Shown here one piece after another: positions 62,485 to 64,000 of a stretch of DNA of 64,000 nt (position 1 is the stretch's first letter; each line of letters begins with the position of its first letter). Below the pieces are notes generated by a model, which worked only from the letters and a program-made list of their open reading frames with translations, was not told the DNA's origin and made no database searches. The position numbers were made by a program, and so were the translations under genes. Source of the stretch: an uncultured Gemmatimonadales bacterium (GTDB taxonomy: Bacteria; Gemmatimonadota; Gemmatimonadetes; Gemmatimonadales; GWC2-71-9). The DNA is taken from NCBI GenBank assembly GCA_963695185.1, contig CAVOGH010000001.1, positions 272,889 through 336,888 of the forward strand. Reading direction: 5' to 3'.

Positions 62485-62599
62485 TGGCGTTGACTCCGCT
62501 AGATACGCATCGGCGCCCCCCGGCGTTTCACGTGTTTCATCCAGAAACCTCCACGCGCTGGGCTCCGTAGGCGGCGGCTCACCCTGTTCAGGAGCCTGA

Positions 62600-63169
62600 A
62601 TGTTCCGAACCCTCGTCGTCGCCGCGGCGCTGACCACGGCCGCACTCCCGGCCGCGGCACAGACCGCCGCCCCCACCCCGCCAGATGCGCAGACACTGCT
62701 CGCCCTCGGCCGCCAGTACACCCTGTGGTTCTACACCGCCGAAGCCGACAGCCTGTTCGCCCACATGACCGAGGAATTCCAGACGGAGATCCACGGTGTG
62801 GACGGGGTCCGCGAGGAGTGCGCCAGATTTGTCATGCGCGCGGGCGGCGAAGTCGAACTCATTGAAGACAAGATGACGCTGCGCCAGGGTTACCCACAGT
62901 ACTGGCGTGAGGCACGCTTCGACGGCTTCACCGACGAGCCGCTGGTGGTGCGATGGGTGTTCGACAGCTCCGGGAAGATCGCGGGTGTCGGGCTCGGTCC
63001 CAAGAGCCGGGCCCCGGCTCCGGACGCGCCCGATCGCGCACTAGTCCTCGTCTGCCGCCGTCAGCGGCACCAGCCTGGCCCTGGGCGGCAGGCCCGCCTC
63101 CAGCTCCATGATCCCCACGGAGGGGACGAGGTCGAACCGGCGCTGGCCCGGCGCCGCCGGGGTTCATGA
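62600..63169 (+). CDS. Secreted hypothetical protein; the last 120 nt or so are probably run-on past a masked stop
   Basis: GGAG lies 6 nt upstream of the ATG. The signal peptide is MFRTLVVAAALTTAALPAAAQ. The body is plausible up to ...KIAGVGLGPKS. The tail is Arg/Gly-rich and antisense to the convergent phosphoesterase. Confidence 0.5.
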   Translation: MFRTLVVAAALTTAALPAAAQTAAPTPPDAQTLLALGRQYTLWFYTAEADSLFAHMTEEFQTEIHGVDGVREECARFVMRAGGEVELIEDKMTLRQGYPQYWREARFDGFTDEPLVVRWVFDSSGKIAGVGLGPKSRAPAPDAPDRALVLVCRRQRHQPGPGRQARLQLHDPHGGDEVEPALARRRRGS

Positions 63170-63533
63170 CCGTGACCACCATATCAATGGTGGTCAGCAG
63201 CGGGCGATGGGTGTGACCGTAGATGATGACTTCCGCGTGCGGGAAATGCTGGTGCAGCGCCTGCGGGGTGGGCGTGCCGAACTGGTCGCCGTGGATCAGC
63301 ACGAAGTCGAGGCCCTCGATCCGTTTCTGGATCACTGCCGGCAACCGATGCCGGAGGTCCCAACCGTCCGTATTGCCGTACACGGCGGTAACCGGGGCGA
63401 GGGCTTCGAGTTCGGTGAGCAGCTCCGCCGAGCCGATGTCTCCAGCATGGAGGATGTGGTCCACCTCCGCGAATACGTCGAAGACCTCGGGGCGGAGCAG
63501 GCCGTGGGTGTCGGCGATGATGCCGAGGCGCAT
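63041..63533 (-). pseudogene. YfcE/MJ0936-type metallophosphoesterase; one frameshift near 63150
   Basis: The sequence reads MRLGIIADTHG...ILHAGDIG...VYGNTD...VLIHGD...IIYGHTHRP. After the shift it continues RRFDLVPSVGIMELEAGLPPRARLVPLTAADED and stops at 63041. Confidence 0.8.
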
Positions 63534-63594
63534 GGGGGCTCTATCCGTTACCCGTTATCCGATTCGGATCGCGGAGGGCGGATGCGGAGATCTC

Positions 63595-64000
63595 TCACCC
63601 TTGCCACCGCTTGGCAATCTCGATCTCCAGGCCCAGGTGATCCACCACCCGCTGGACCACGAAGTCCACCAGCTGCGCGATCTCGGTGGGACGGTGGTAG
63701 AACCCCGGGGCCGCGGGCAGGACCACGGCGCCGGCCTCGGTCACGGTGGTGAGGTTGCGGAGATGGATCAGGGACAGCGGTGACTCGCGCGGCACCAGGA
63801 TCAGGCGCCGCCGCTCCTTGAGTACCACGTCGGCGGCGCGCTCGACCAGCGACCGGCTGGTTCCGCCCGCGATGGCGGCCACCGTGCCCATGGAGCAGGG
63901 GCAGATCACCATCCCGTGACTCTTCGCCGAGCCTGAGGCGGGCCGGGCCCCGCGGTCGGTATCGGAGAAGACGGTGATGCTGGACCAGTCACCGCCGGTG
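63595..64000 (-). CDS. ubiX: Flavin prenyltransferase UbiX, C-terminal part (5' end beyond window)
   Basis: The sequence reads ...SGSAKSHGMVICPCSMGTVAAIAGG...RAADVVLKERRRLILVPRESPLSLIHLRNL...GAVVLPAAPGFYHRP. The frame stays open to position 64000. Confidence 0.88.
   Translation of the reverse strand, partial: TGGDWSSITVFSDTDRGARPASGSAKSHGMVICPCSMGTVAAIAGGTSRSLVERAADVVLKERRRLILVPRESPLSLIHLRNLTTVTEAGAVVLPAAPGFYHRPTEIAQLVDFVVQRVVDHLGLEIEIAKRWQG

Overview
The window is a visibly high-G+C bacterial chromosomal segment (not computed), and almost all of it is core or housekeeping genes on both strands. In order, the genes are:
- a rhomboid protease, dsbD-like, dnaK, htrA and tRNA-Leu(UAG);
- a four-gene ECF sigma module and a single-domain receiver;
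- tig-clpP-clpX-engB;
- a porin/FMN-binding/4-TM/ApbE operon and a hybrid histidine kinase;
- a his cluster (hisC-hisB-hisH-nudix-hisF) followed by a beta-helix protein;
- a GspE/PilB-type ATPase fused to a receiver, and an Omp85-like barrel;
- trpE, an FHA-GAF-cyclase, and two secreted beta-propeller proteins;
- maf-dtd, an MBL hydrolase, a DUF748-like protein, and glmS plus a phosphohexomutase;
- REC-HD-GYP, a trans-sulfuration PLP enzyme, an M48 protease, purD and mutM;
- a 1088-aa S8 peptidase, a Cho-like nuclease, a beta-lactamase-fold hydrolase, a GWxTD protein, a metallophosphoesterase and ubiX.

The gene content resembles Gemmatimonadota- or Acidobacteriota-type soil bacteria, but that is inference only. 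I saw no CRISPR array, transposase, integrase, phage genes or recognisable defence system.

Three blocks (about 0.7-7.6 kb, 25.2-30.7 kb and 58.0-63.2 kb) carry dense frameshifts, mostly +1 where I resolved them, inside highly conserved genes. The 8.1-25.2 kb and 31.0-58.0 kb stretches are clean. I read the frameshifts as consensus or assembly error, so product calls in those blocks rest on frame-hopped translation.

I did not find a convincingly new system. The best leads are:
1. the tightly packed porin/FMN-binding/4-TM/ApbE operon;
2. an 8-nt tandem repeat (GGCGACTC) that sits in frame inside apbE and recurs after clpX, with related 7-8-nt periodic repeats abutting stop codons;
3. an ECF sigma module in which the anti-sigma tail and an outer-membrane-like protein share a CBM48-type domain;
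4. an orphan GspE-type ATPase with a C-terminal receiver.

All four are hypotheses that need database searches and read-level checks.
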